64,000 nt of DNA. It comes from Macrostomum hystrix. Its lineage: Eukaryota; Animalia; Platyhelminthes. The stretch lies in NCBI GenBank assembly GCA_950097015.1, contig CATNEN010000034.1, positions 1 through 64,000 of the forward strand, written 5' to 3'. The notes under the pieces were generated by a model. The model was not told where the DNA came from and made no database searches. It saw nothing but the letters and a program-made list of their open reading frames with translations. Made by a program: the position numbers and the translations under genes. Within the stretch, counting starts at the first letter, position 1. Each line of letters starts with the position of its first letter. Positions 32,350 through 44,776 of this stretch are shown here, piece by piece.

Positions 32350-32665
32350 AAGCAGTCTTAACTCCGAAGTCCGAATCCCAGCCAATGGGAAACAGCTTGA
32401 GTTCGATTCCGCGGCGAGGCCGCATTCATTTGGGGCGCAGCCGTGGAGAGAAGACTTGGGGGCTTGTCGTGCAATTTGAGTCCCTGAGGATGAGAAAGAG
32501 CCTTGTGAGCGTGTGCCTGTGCACGGTATCTGTGTGCGTGTGTGCTCAGGAGCCAGCGATATGGACAGAATTGCCTCCTTGCTGGCTGCGGGTCTAGTGT
32601 CACGACTAGAAGTGCCATTGCACGCAGCCCTTCTGCAATTATTATTATTATTATTATTATTATAG
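32350..32665 (+). mobile_element. Putative second SINE family copy in ALDH2 intron 4
   Basis: B-box-like GAGTTCGATTCC near 32398 and an (ATT)n tail at 32637-32662. Confidence 0.45.
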
Positions 32666-32814
32666 GTGGGGTAGAAAATTTTGGGTGCGTGTCGTGGGCC
32701 CCAGTCCATGGACTGAACAGCTGTACTGTGCCTTTTTAATCTCGACTTGCCAATCGAAATTTGCAGTTGCTATTTAATTAGATGACTATAGTTTCCATTG
32801 TTAAATGAAGTCAC

Positions 32815-33264
32815 CTTGACATCGGAGAAAATGGTGGGCTGCACATAGTAGCCCTTGTCGCCTAGCCGGGCGCCTCCCGTCAGCAGCTTGGCACCCTGAC
32901 TCTTGCCGCTCTTGATAAGGTCCAGAATCTTGCCCATCTGCTCCTGGTCAATCTGCGGTCCCTGCTCGGTGCTGAGGTTGAACGGGTCGCCAACCAGGCG
33001 CTTCTTGGCCCGCTCCACGCTCAGTTCAACAAATTTGTCGTAGACGGATTCCTCGACGAAGGTGCGACTGCCGGCGCAGCAGCACTGGCCCTGGTTGAAG
33101 AACAGGGCAAAGTGCGACTTCTCGACGGCGTATTCGAGATCGGCGTCTGAGAAGATCACGTTGGGACTCTTGCCGCCGAGCTCCAGGCTGACTCGCTTCA
33201 GGTTGCTTTGCCCGGCATACTGGGGGATCAGGCGGCCGACCTCCGTGCTGCCCGTGAAGGCCAG
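32815..33264 (-). CDS. ALDH2: ALDH2 exon 4
   Basis: AFTGSTEVG, catalytic LELGGK and [13 protein letters not shown]; 450 nt, phase 0. Confidence 0.95.
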
Positions 33265-33319
33265 CTGTGGAATGAGGATTGGGATTCATGATGTCTGGGA
33301 TCTTACAGTGACGAGGCAT

Positions 33320-33540
33320 TCTTAAACTTTATTTAAGCACAGCTCACTAGACAAAACAGGTAGAACCCACAAGCTTCAGCTAAAATGCAGAGAATTTATT
33401 CAGCTCTCAAATGAAACAAACATTTTGAAAATACATTGCATGATGCAGATGTTATCTGTGTTCTTCTCCAAGTGGTGCATCAGAATTTCCTATCTTTCCA
33501 GTGTTAGAACATGAGTCATAGAACATTCAGAGCTCTATGA
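33320..33540. mobile_element. Single arm (internally deleted) of the same foldback family in ALDH2 intron 3
   Basis: 33320-33505 matches 36775-36958 closely and ends attcagagctctatg. Confidence 0.75.
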
Positions 33541-33565
33541 CTCATGATATAATAGGCCATCTCAC

Positions 33566-33896
33566 CTTGTCAACCTTGTTATGCAAGGCCAGAGCGGCTC
33601 CAGCAGTGGGCCCATAGCCGGGCACAATGTTGAGCACTCCGGGTGGAAAGCCCGCCTCCTTGGCCAGCTGAGCAACATAATTGGCGGTGAGAGGAGTCTG
33701 CTCGGCTGTCTTCATCACCACCGTGTTGCCCATGCTGAGTGCCGGGCCCAGCTTCCAGGCCTGCATTAGCAGTGGGAAATTCCAGGGGATAATCTGGCCG
33801 CAGACGCCGACGGGCTCGTGCCGGGTGAAGCAGAACACGTTGCCATCGACGGGAATAGTCTTGCCGTGGTTCTTGTTGGCCCAGCCAGCGTAGTAG
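33566..33896 (-). CDS. ALDH2: ALDH2 exon 3
   Basis: [40 protein letters not shown]. Confidence 0.95.
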
Positions 33897-34269
33897 CTGG
33901 GCAAAATTTGTTGAGCCAATAATGAATTTCAGACATTGTGAGACTTCCAGCGTTTGAGTTTTCCAGCAAGTTTAGAGTACGGAAAGTTGCTGAGTCAACG
34001 TTATTTTTGTTAAGTAACACCTATTACAACTTTAAAAATTTTGAAGACTTATAATTTATTTTAACTTTCTTTAATTTATGGTCTTATGGCAAAGCGACTA
34101 AACTAATTAACATTTAAAGCAATTAAACCAGCGAACTAACAAAAATTGCATTTTAAGGACGAAATACATTTTTCTTTTACAAAAGCAATGACAACAGTAC
34201 AATGCTCTGTTTCATTTTAAGAGAATAATGGCTGTGAGAGTTGGTCAGTGCGAGAACGAACTCACTCAC

Positions 34270-34349
34270 CGGTAGCATCGAATGCTGAGCTCAACATCGG
34301 CCAAGTAGGAGAATAGGTAGGGCTTGCCATTGTCAAGAGATTCCAGAGA
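34270..34349 (-). CDS. ALDH2: ALDH2 exon 2 (80 nt; not in the ORF track)
   Basis: SLESLDNGKPYLFSYLADVELSIRCYR. Acceptor ttgccag, donor GTGAGT; phases fit. Confidence 0.9.
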
Positions 34350-34606
34350 CTGGCAATAAAATGGAGGTTGGTGAGCACAATGGATGCATCGAAAGAAGTT
34401 TAGAAAACTCTTTGAATAGCATAGATGGGCATCAAATTTGAGTTTCTAATCTTTCACTATTCTATTAATATTTCGCTTTGTTTTCGAACATTTTCTTTAG
34501 AGCAATAGCAATTGCGCCTAAACAACTCGCAACAATTGCTTTGTAACATTGGCAAAAGAAAACACACAGTAGATTAGAAGCTGGCAACATGAATATTTAT
34601 ACTTCA

Positions 34607-35520
34607 GCCTCGACTGACACCCAACAGATGCCTCGACTGACACCCAACAGATGCCTCGACTGACACCCAACAGATGCCTCGACTGGCACCCAACAGATGC
34701 CTCGACTGGCACCCAACAGATGCCTCGACTGACACCCAACAGATGCCTCGACTGACACCCAACAGATGCCTCGACTGACACCCAACAGATGCCTCGACTG
34801 GCACCCAACAGATGCCTCGACTGGCACCCAACAGATGCCTCGACTGGCGACTGACACCCAACAGATGCCTCGACTGACACCCAACAAATGCCTCGACTGA
34901 CACCCAACAGATGCCTCGACTGACACCCACCCTGTAGATGCCTCGACTGACACCCAACAAATGCCTCGACTGACACCCAACAGATGCCTCGACTGACACC
35001 CAACAGATGCCTCGACTGACACCCAACAGATGCCTCGACTGGCACCCACCCTGCAGATACATATACTGACACCCACCCAACAGATGCCTCGACTGGCACC
35101 CAACAGATGCCTCGACTGGCACCCAACAGATGCCTCGACTGGCACCCACCCTGCAGATACATAAACTGACACCCACCCAACAGATGCCTCGACTGGCACC
35201 CAACAGATGCCTCGACTGGCACCCAACAGATGCCTCGACTGGCACCCACCCTGCAGATACATAAACTGACACCCACCCTGCAGATACATCGACTGACACC
35301 CAATAGATGCCTCTACTGACACCCACCCTGCACATGCATCTACTGACACCCTGCAGATACATCGACTGACACCCAACAGATGCCTCTACTGACACCCACC
35401 CTGCACATGCATCTACTGACACCCTGCAGATACATCTACTGACACCCTGCAGATACATCTACTGACACCCTGCAGATACATCTACTGACACCCTGCAGAT
35501 ACATCTACTGACACCCTGCA
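34607..35520. repeat. 23-bp minisatellite (cccaacagatgcctcgactgaca) in ALDH2 intron 1
   Basis: Visible tandem units grading into a related shorter variant. Confidence 0.95.
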
Positions 35521-35588
35521 GATGTCTCTAATGTCCTTTAATCTTACAGAAACCTCTAATGACGCACAAGTTACACAAGGAGACTCAC

Positions 35589-35966
35589 CGCTAGGTAGAC
35601 CTTGTCCCGCTCCATGAGATCGGCCAGTTTATTCATGAGATTGCCACGCTGAGAGGCGTCCATACGGCGCCACTCTGAGCCGTAGCGGAAGGCCTGATTT
35701 GCCGCCTGAACGGCACGATCAATGTCGGCCTTGTCGCCTTCGGCCACCTCCGTAATGACTTCGCCAGTGGCCGGATTGACTGTTGGAAAAGTCTTGCCAG
35801 AAACGGCGTCCACCCATTCGTTGTTGATGAATAGTTTGTTGAATTTCACTTCCGGTTTGCGGATGGGCTCCGGAATAGCCGGGGCACCAGATAGTGAGCG
35901 AACAGCTGCGACAGTGGCCCTAGGCAAGAGCAGGCGAGCGGATTGGCTAAGCTTGGCGGCTAGCAT
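35589..35966 (-). CDS. ALDH2: ALDH2 exon 1 with mitochondrial targeting peptide
   Basis: [26 protein letters not shown] (Arg/Ser/Leu-rich, no acidic residues), then [17 protein letters not shown]. Total protein about 523 aa. Confidence 0.93.
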
Positions 35967-36303
35967 GTTTATTTGTTTGTTTAATTTCTGCCTGCTTTGG
36001 AATAAACTAAACAGAAAGCGGGACTTCTTCTGGGAACCCAGAGATTTACATGAAATAACAGATATTGTACACTGGCGCACCCACCCCCTAACTAAACAAC
36101 TTGGGGCACCAATGAACGCTTTGGATAGAGTCACGTGATATATTTACGACCGCTTTTTCTCTCTGTTCCTTACCCAACAATTAGGCGAAGGTACGCTGAC
36201 TTTATGGAAGCAAATTGCAACATCTGCAACACACTATGCAATTTTAGTGTGTTATGAGGGTCAGAGAAATTGGCCCGGAATGGGGTGGTGGGGCGCGATC
36301 AGG

Positions 36304-37037
36304 CATAGAGCTCTGAATCATTTTTGACATTTTCCATACCAGTGTAGGCTGACTGGCTGTCCCGAAAATACACTGAGCAGATAGGAAATTCTGATGCACC
36401 ACTTGGAGAAAAACACAGATAAATTCCGTATCATGCAATATATTTTCAAAATGTTTGTTTTATTAGAAAGCTGAATAAATTCTCTGCATTGTAGTTGAAG
36501 CTTGTGCGTCAACCTATTTCGTCTAGTGAGCTGTGCTTAAATAAAGTTTAAGGACGACAGAAATTGTCACTTAGCAGTGCGCGACATTAGAAAGTTTCAA
36601 TGCAGAAAACTTTTTTATTAATTGCCTGATATTAGCGAAATGTAGTTTAATTTGTACAAAACATCAATACCCATCGAATGAACTAATAAACTATTCGAAA
36701 TGTCGGAAAAGAAGAACATTTTCTGCAGTACAACTTAGCGAATTTTTCTCTCAGACATGATAATTTCCTTATTACTTAAACTTTATTTAAGCACAGCTCA
36801 GTAGCTAAAACAGGTAGAACCCACAAGCTTCAGCTAAAATGCAGAGAAGTTATTCAGCTTTCTAATGAAACAAACATTTTGAAAATACATTGCATGATGC
36901 AGATGTTATCTGTGTTCTTCTCCAAGTGGTGCATCAGAATTTCCTATCTTTCCAGTGTATTTTCGGGACAACCAGTCAGCCCACACTGGTACGGAAAATG
37001 GGCTTGTCTCTCCAGTCTCTACATTCAGAGCTCCATG
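36304..37037. mobile_element. Foldback/MITE-like element with ~250-bp imperfect inverted arms (CATAGAGCTCTGAAT...ATTCAGAGCTCCATG)
   Basis: 36304-36552 is the inverted homologue of 36775-37037. One arm also occurs at 33320-33540. Confidence 0.7.
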
Positions 37038-38439
37038 GACCAGGCTCTGAATCAGAATTCAACAGACGCGAAATGGAAAGGAAAGAAAGGGCTGGAATTT
37101 CATAAGGCAACTAACTTACAAGAGCCTCATTAGGGTTAGGGGATACAGTGTAGAAAAACAGATGCACAAAAAACTGTACATAAACAAACGTGCGCAAAGT
37201 GATTTCTCTAGACTAGTCCAGTTAAGTATGTTACATTTTTTCTATCCTATATTCAAAGCATACACCGCCAACCTGTGTTTACGTACACAACTGAATATCA
37301 AGACCAACTAGGCTTTGCAGTTTTGCTATTTTTTATCCAGTCAGTTCAACTTAATATATTTGTAAAAGCAGAAATTAGAAGAACGTGATGATCTAAGCGG
37401 TCAATGCTAAATCTGATATATTATTCTAGATTGTGTGTACTTTTAAAAGAATTCAAACGAAGCGGCTACAGTCTGAGCAAATAATTTGCAAGGTGAAAAT
37501 GCAAGTCAAGCGAATATTTATGTACTTTTAAATAGCCGATTGGTGAATGCCGACAAGCGGTTACAGCAAGCTATATGTAATTTTGTGATAATCTATGGTC
37601 AAAATCAACCCATTACTAACAGTATTTTCAAAGTCAACATACATGTAGTCAGAGCGAAGCGAAAATTTTTTTTATAATTTGACAAGAGAAAGAATATTAA
37701 ATATTTAAATGGCACGAAAGCTACTGCAAGTAGTACCTAAAATGAATATTAATCGAATAGCTTTAATCGAAAATGCCACGGCAAAAAAGCATATATTTTT
37801 TTTGACACGACACGCTTGGAAGCCCAGACTCATTGCGCTTGGATACAGGAAAACAAACTCTGGATAAATAGAACCGAACAAATACAGGGGCATTCGGTTG
37901 AAAAAAAACGATTCCATGGCGGAAGATGAGACAGAACTAGGGAGATGAACAGGCTGCAATCCGATCGGCCAAACAATTCCATTTAATTCATCGGAACACA
38001 ATGCTAAATAGTAAATAAGCAGCATCCATTATCTGACACCTGCTGATGCTGCCAATGCTGATGCTATTGGCGAAAGGCAAACAGAAAAGAGACAGAACAA
38101 AGGAAGTCTAAATTTACCATCGCAAACGCTGACAGTCCAGGGTGGCGTTCTTTAGCATAGAGAAACAGAGTGAACTCATTTGATCTCCAAATTAAAGTGA
38201 GGCGGCTCGTGATTGACAGTTGCTAAGGCATGAAACACTGCTGAGCACACTGCAGACAAGTTTATAAATGCGAGTCCGGTACATTGTTCGGCAAGTCATT
38301 TAGCAAGCTGAGATTTTAGAAAGTACTCATCTAATTTTAGCGAACTTGGGGTTAGAGCAGCTTGGGATATCGAGAGTTGAGAACTTTGTAAATTGACGCC
38401 AGCATATTTAGGGACTTAAGGCACTTAAGAAATCAAGTA

Positions 38440-38860
38440 CCCGCTAAAAAATAGGGATGTTTCTTTGGGTGATTCCAGTTGGAATCTGCGGTGTTTCCAG
38501 AAAAAAGAAACAGCCGACCGCTGGACACATACCAATCGGATGATTCCATGCTTAGAATCTACCCAACTGGGCGTTTTCTCGGTGCTTCTTGGTGGCGAAA
38601 TGGAATCACCCAAAGAATCCTCCAGTTCGGAAGATTCCATGCTCAGAAACCGCCGAGGAATCGCCCGTAAACAATTCTCTGGTTGTCCCATGGGCCACTG
38701 GTTCGGGTGATTCTTCGGCGGTTTCCGCACAATTTACGGTTACATCGGCTGCTTCCTGGGTGGTTTCTTTAACTCTTGCGAGATAGGGGGGATTTTGGTA
38801 GATTCCACTCCTATTTTGCACAAAAAGCCCGCCGAAGAAGCAGCCGAATTTTTTACAGGG
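38440..38860 (+). mobile_element. 421-bp MITE with CCC...GGG termini and 2-bp TSD (TA); CMC/EnSpm-like
   Basis: Imperfect TIRs CCCGCTAAAAAAT / ATTTTTTACAGGG, flanked by TA..TA. A second copy lies at 44357-44776. Confidence 0.8.
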
Positions 38861-38994
38861 TAATCAGGAATTAAAGAAATTGAGAACATGTGAAATTAGG
38901 GACTAGAGAATTTGCGAATTCCTAAAATATGGAAATTAAGGAATTCGTTTCTTTAGAACTTCAGGACTCAGAGAACAGGAATTTGAGTATTTTA

Positions 38995-39480
38995 AGATTT
39001 GAGGATTGCGGATTTGAGGATTGAGGATTTGAGGATTGAGGATTTGAGGATTGAGGATTTGAGGATTGAGGATTTGAGGATTGAGGATTTGAGGAATGAG
39101 GAATTTAGGATTTAAGAATTTGAGGATTTGAGGATTGAGGATTTGAGGATTGAGGATTGAGGATTTGAGGAATTGAGAATTTGAGGATATTGAAAATTTG
39201 AGGATTGAGGATTTGAGGATTGAGGATTTTAGAATTTGAGGATTTGAGGATTTGAGAATTTAAGGATTTGAGAATTTGAGGATTGAGGATTTGAGGAATA
39301 AGGATTTAAGGATTTAAGAATTTGAGGATTTGAGGATTGAGGATTTGAGGATTGAATATTGAGGATTTGAGAATTTGAGAATTTGAGGATTTGAGGATTT
39401 GATGACTTGAGGAATTCGGATTTGAGGATTTGATGACTTGAGGAATTCGGATTTGAGGATTTGATGATTTGAGGATTCGA
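38995..39480. repeat. (GAGGATT/GAGGATTT)n simple repeat
   Basis: Visible. Confidence 0.9.
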
Positions 39481-39968
39481 GGATTAGAGGAACTGCGTAA
39501 TCGTTGGTTTTCAGGAATCGGAAACTAGAGACATCGAGGGATTGGGGATTTGAGGAATCAAGGAACAATCGAGGAATATCATGGAATTTGTGGGATCGAG
39601 AAATTGGGGTTTAAGAAAATATGAATTTGAGGATTGGAGGAACTACGAATTTTGAGAAATCTGAGATTCTGGAATTGAGAACTGCAAGAACAGCGGATTT
39701 GAAGAATTAGGGCTTAAGAAAGCTTTATAGCAAGTGGGAGATTCGGTGCAATAAAAATCGATAAAGATGACAAAGCAATTTCTCAACTGAAATAAATGAT
39801 TTTACAAACGAAAGATTTTTTAATCAGAAAACAGCCGGCTGAAGCCTTAAAAAAATTTTTTAGCACTTAAATTGAGCAAATTTAGATGTAAATATAGATG
39901 TAAAACTTGACTCTGGGATAAACAGCGCTAGCCCCGAACAGAGAGATTCGCAATCACACCAGAAAAGG

Positions 39969-40424
39969 TCATTGAGCCGCTCCGTTTTTAAGCGCCGTCT
40001 CGTCAGCAAGCTGGCGAAGCTGTCTCAGAAAATTGGCATTCGGACAGGCGGCCGGCCGGACGGCCTTGACCTGCGCCAGGGCCGCCTCGAAGGCGAGGCC
40101 GCGTCGCAGGATCAGGTAGGCGACGGCGAACGCCGGCGCGCGCGAGACTCCGGCGTTGCAGTGCAGCAGGCAGACGCCGCCAGCCGACCGGCAGGCGTCG
40201 ATAAAGTCAGCGGCGCTGTCAAGGTGGGGCCGCAGCTGCTGCCGGTCGGTATCGAGGACGGCCAGCTGGAGCCGGTCGGTCAGCCGCAGCCCGGGCGGGG
40301 GGCTCGGCTGCACCGCCGGGTAGGCCACGTTGATCACGTGACTGATGCGATAGCGGCGCAGCGTCGGCCCGTCGGCTGCGGCATCCTGCGAGCCAACCAG
40401 AAGGTGGGGAAGGACGCAGCCCAC
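39969..40424 (-). CDS. DUSP19: Atypical dual-specificity phosphatase DUSP19, exon 2
   Basis: VGCVLPHLLVGSQDAA..HVINVAY..HCNAGVSRA..VKAVRPAACPNANFLRQL; active-site HCxAGxSR. Confidence 0.92.
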   Translation of the reverse strand: MGCVLPHLLVGSQDAAADGPTLRRYRISHVINVAYPAVQPSPPPGLRLTDRLQLAVLDTDRQQLRPHLDSAADFIDACRSAGGVCLLHCNAGVSRAPAFAVAYLILRRGLAFEAALAQVKAVRPAACPNANFLRQLRQLADETALKNGAAQ

Positions 40425-40474
40425 CTGCCGCAAAATGAGTGTCAGGAGGAGGATATTCAGAGCTCCACTCCACT

Positions 40475-41190
40475 CCACTCCACTCCACCCATTCGACTCC
40501 TCTCATCTGCTCTCTTGTCCACTCAAGTCTACCCTAGTCTAGTCCACCCCACTCCACTCCAATGCACCCCACTTCACTCCAATGCACCCCACTCCACTCC
40601 AATGCACCCCACTTCACTCCAATGCACCCCACTCCACTCCAATGCACCCCACTCCACTCCAATGCACCCCACTCCAATACAACCCACTCCACTCCACTCC
40701 AATACAACCCACTCCACTCCAATACAACCCACTCCACTCCAATACAACCCACTCCACTCCACTCCAATGCACCTCACTCCACTCCAATACAACCCACTCC
40801 ACTCCACTCCCATAAAACCCACTCCAATACAACCCACTCCACTCCACTCCAATACAATCCACTCCACTCCACTCCACTCCGATGCACCCACTCCACTCCA
40901 ATGCACCTCACTCCACTCCAATGCACCCCAATCCGCTCCAATGCACCCACTCCACTCCAATGCACCTCACTCCACTCCAATGCACCCCACTCCACTCCAA
41001 TGCAACCCACTCCACTCCACTCCAATACACCGCACTCCACTCCAATGCAACCCACTCCACTCCACTCCAATACACCGCACTCCACTCCAATGCAACCCAC
41101 TCCACTTAACTCCTCTTATCTCATCTCATCTAATCTCATCTCATTTCATTTCATTTCATCCTATCTCCTCTCCTCTCTTCTCCTCTCCGC
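40475..41190. repeat. (CACTC)n-based pentamer repeat grading into ATCTC/TTTCA, in the DUSP19 intron
   Basis: Visible. Confidence 0.9.
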
Positions 41191-41772
41191 GATACAAGCT
41201 GAAAGGATCCTACAGAAAGCCGCTACGAGCTACAATCCTAGATTAAGACACGCAAATATAATACAAATAAAAGCAACAAAAAAGGAAAGGGAAGATTTTG
41301 CAGCCGCGGATTGAGCAAGCCTTGCTCAGCGAGAGACTGCTCACCGCCACCTAATTGTGCTCAAGGCGAATTGTGCTCAAGCTCACACGGCAAAAACATT
41401 ACCGGGCTCAGCTGCCACGTGGAGAAGAGAATGGGATCCTTCGAGAGGGGCAATGCTCCTCAACTCCCACTCCGCACAAGGCCACTAGACTGTTAATGAA
41501 CAGCTGGCCACTTTTCAAATTTTAAGGCTTGAGGGGTGCTAGGTAGCCAAAAGGAACAAGACGGGAGATAAACAAAAAGCACCTTCATTGCTCACCATCC
41601 TTGCTCGTGTAGATTAAAGAGATAAAAGTACACACAACAGAGCAGCAAATACATTCGAATTTAACCTTGCATAGTTACAAGACCAGCTTCTAATTTGAAG
41701 TGAGACTCAAGAAACTGAAAAGCTGGATGAATGGTTCTACATAACATTAGGAATCTGGAGAAACCGAGCCTC

Positions 41773-42505
41773 CACGACAATGTCACTCCGAACCTGAGCA
41801 TCCAGGACAATGTCACTCCAAACCTGAGCATCCAGGACAATGTCACTCTGAACCTGAGCATCCAGGACAATGTCACTCCAAGCCTGAGCATCCAGGACAA
41901 TGTCACTCCAAACCTGAGCACCCAGGACAATGTCAATCCAAGCCTGAGCATCCAGGACAATGTCACTCCAAACCTGAGCATCCAGGACAATGTCACTCCA
42001 AGCCTGAGCATCCAGGACAATGTCAATCCAAGCCTGAGCATCCAGGACAATGTCACTCCAAACCTGAGCATCCAGGACAATGTCACTCTGAACCTGAGCA
42101 TCCAGGACAATGTCACTCCAAGCCTGAGCATCCAGGACAATGTCACTCTGAACCTGAGCATCCAGGACAATGTCACTCCAAGCCTGAGCATCCAGGACAA
42201 TGTCACTCCAAACCTGAGCACCCAGGACAATGTCAATCCAAGCCTGAGCATCCAGGACAATGTCACTCCAAACCTGAGCATCCAGGACAATGTCACTCCA
42301 AGCCTGAGCATCCAGGACAATGTCAATCCAAGCCTGAGCATCCAGGACAATGTCACTCCAAACCTGAGCATCCAGGACAATGTCACTCCGAACCTGAGCA
42401 TCCAGGACAATGTCACTCCAAACCTTAAAGGATGTGGCACAATGTCACTCCGAAACTTAAGGATGCGGAACAATGTCACTCCGAACCTTAAGGATGTGGA
42501 ACAAT
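41773..42505. repeat. 30-bp minisatellite (aacctgagcatccaggacaatgtcactcca) in the DUSP19 intron
   Basis: About 23 units; explains the NVTPNLSIQD ORF. Confidence 0.95.
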
Positions 42506-42558
42506 GTCAATCCAAACCAGAAGATCCGGGAGCTCAAAACCCACGCCCCTCAGCTCAC

Positions 42559-42756
42559 CTGCAAATCCGGCTTAGTCAGTGGAATAAATCCGTGACGAGC
42601 AAACACAGAGTCCCTGTCAGTCTGCTGAGCTGTCAGTTCCTCATCGGGCATCTGACAGCCGTCGCGTCGCTCCAAAGTAACCCGACCGGTCTGCGTGGTG
42701 ACTCGCGTGGTCACCGGCCGCAGGCTCGATTTCACTGAGGACAGGGCGGACTCCAT
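42559..42756 (-). CDS. DUSP19: DUSP19 exon 1
   Basis: TRVTTQTGRVTLE and GFIPLTKPDLQ resemble the DUSP19 N-terminus (TRVTTLTGK..GYVQDLSSDLQ). Donor GTGAGC; total 217 aa. Confidence 0.88.
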
Positions 42757-43059
42757 GCGATGAGCAATGAGCAGGTTGCTAGAATGATTGATAGCGAAAT
42801 GAGCGCAGTGATTTGAGCTGCAAATTACGAGAAAAAATCTATGATCATAACAGTAAAACTACAGTTATTTTCTGTGTATAAGTTTTAATTATCTAAACAA
42901 AAAGAAGCATTCAGAAAGCCCAGCTAATACCCCAGAAACAGCCCATCCATCACAGGATCTTTGCCATCCAGGTTTCTTAGAAATTAGTGCATTAACTGAA
43001 GCCCTATAACAAGAATTGAATATCCGACAACAGATATCACGACATCCCGACATTGAATA

Positions 43060-43180
43060 TCCAGATGATGAATATCCCGACATCCTGACATTGAACATCT
43101 CAACTTTGAATATACTGACGTTGAATATCCCGACATTGAATATCCCGATATTGAATATCCCGACATTGAATATCCCAACA
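43060..43180. repeat. 15-bp repeat (ttgaatatcccgaca)
   Basis: Visible. Confidence 0.8.
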
Positions 43181-43299
43181 TCGGATAATTAATACAGTGC
43201 GTTGCGGCCATCCCACAGCGGTTTCACCACGCATGGCTGTCGAACTCTTACAAATTAATCAGTTGAAAAGTCCACAAAAACTAATAAAAATCTTAGTAG

Positions 43300-43879
43300 T
43301 GTAACAAAAGAGTGTCACATCAGGAAGTTTGGGATAAAACAGGGACAGCAAGGCTAGGAACGGAAGAATGCGGGAGCAGGAAAGTGAAAGGCAAGTTGCC
43401 GACGCGGCTATCCCATTCCTGCTGCTAATTAATTAGTCGTCGGCGAGGCCTCAGGAAGCTGCGGAGCTACGAGTTATAAAGGCGCACATAGACCCCTCGC
43501 TTGCATCTACTCTTTCTCATCTTCTAAGCAGCAGCAGCAAGTGCGAGGCATCGCGATCTCCGCATTGTCGCCTGCTATATCTCTCCGCTCAGCGCCAACA
43601 GCGTGTGGGATTAGAAATCGAGAAGGCGCTAATCCGTCCTACCGAAACCCGCCTCCCCTAAGCCGATACCCGATAGCAGCCTAGCAGCCAGGAGAACTGC
43701 AAATAATTTGCCGGATATCCGATAGGAAAGCTAGTTGCCGCATTGCCATTGTCGGCTCAAATACCTTCGAAATGGAAATCTCTGTGAACAATATTCCATA
43801 GCTGGCTCCTCAGAGTTAGATCAGCAGCTCCTCCAGCTCCCCCCCAGATCTTCAAGATCACCTAAAGAATCCCTCAACA
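43300..43879 (+). mobile_element. Possible solo LTR (580 bp)
   Basis: TGTAAC...TCAACA ends with GTAG on both flanks (43296-43299, 43880-43883); internal TATAAA near 43475. Confidence 0.4.
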
Positions 43880-44356
43880 GTAGAAAGACCACAACAGTAA
43901 AAAATACCCATATTTTTTATGTATCTCCAAAAATGTTCAACCAATCCCAATGAAAATGCAGAACACGGGCTAAAATCTTCCGCTCTATCCGATGAAACAA
44001 CGCCCAGAATCACAAAACAACGGCATAGTCAAGATTTTCAACGATTCTCGTCGTGGTATCAGGAACCATATCGGCTCCACAAACTATGTCAATCAGTCGC
44101 AGGGACCTTTGTTCTCAGCATCCCAGTCACCAGTCACCAGACTCTCAAAGAGAGTCCATGGACTTGTGAAGCCTGTACACAGACACATATTTCTACCCCA
44201 GCTAATGCTCAGCACACATTTAGGGAAGTAAGCATCTTGCTCTAGAAGATAATCATGGATTCGAACCCCCGACCTCTCATTCAGAAGTCCAAAGTTCTAA
44301 TTATAATCTCTGAAGTTCTAGAAGCTTCAGAATGAATTTTCGCGAGTCTCTCACAA

Positions 44357-44776
44357 CCCTGTAAAAAATTCGGCTGCTTCTTCGGCGGGCTTTTTGTGCA
44401 AAATAGGAGAGGAATCTACCAAAATCCCCCCTATCTCGCAAGAGTTAAAGAAACCACCCAGGAAGCAGCCGATGTAACCGTAAATTGTGCGGAAACCGCT
44501 GAAGAATCACCCGAACCAGTGGCCCATGGGACAACCAGAGAATTATTTACGGGCGATTCCTCGGCGGTTTCTGAGCATGGAATCTTCCGAACTGGAGGAT
44601 TCTTTGGGTGATTCCATTTCGCCACCAAGAAGCACCGAGAAAACGCCCAGTTGGGTAGATTCTAAGCATGGAATCATCCGATTGGTATGTTTCCAGCCTT
44701 CGGCTGTTTCTTTTTCTGGAAACACCGCAGATTCCAACTGGAATCACCCAAAGAAACATCCCTATTTTTTAGCGGG
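44357..44776 (-). mobile_element. Second copy of the same MITE, inverted, 2-bp TSD (AA)
   Basis: Near-identical reverse complement of 38440-38860, flanked by AA..AA. Confidence 0.8.
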
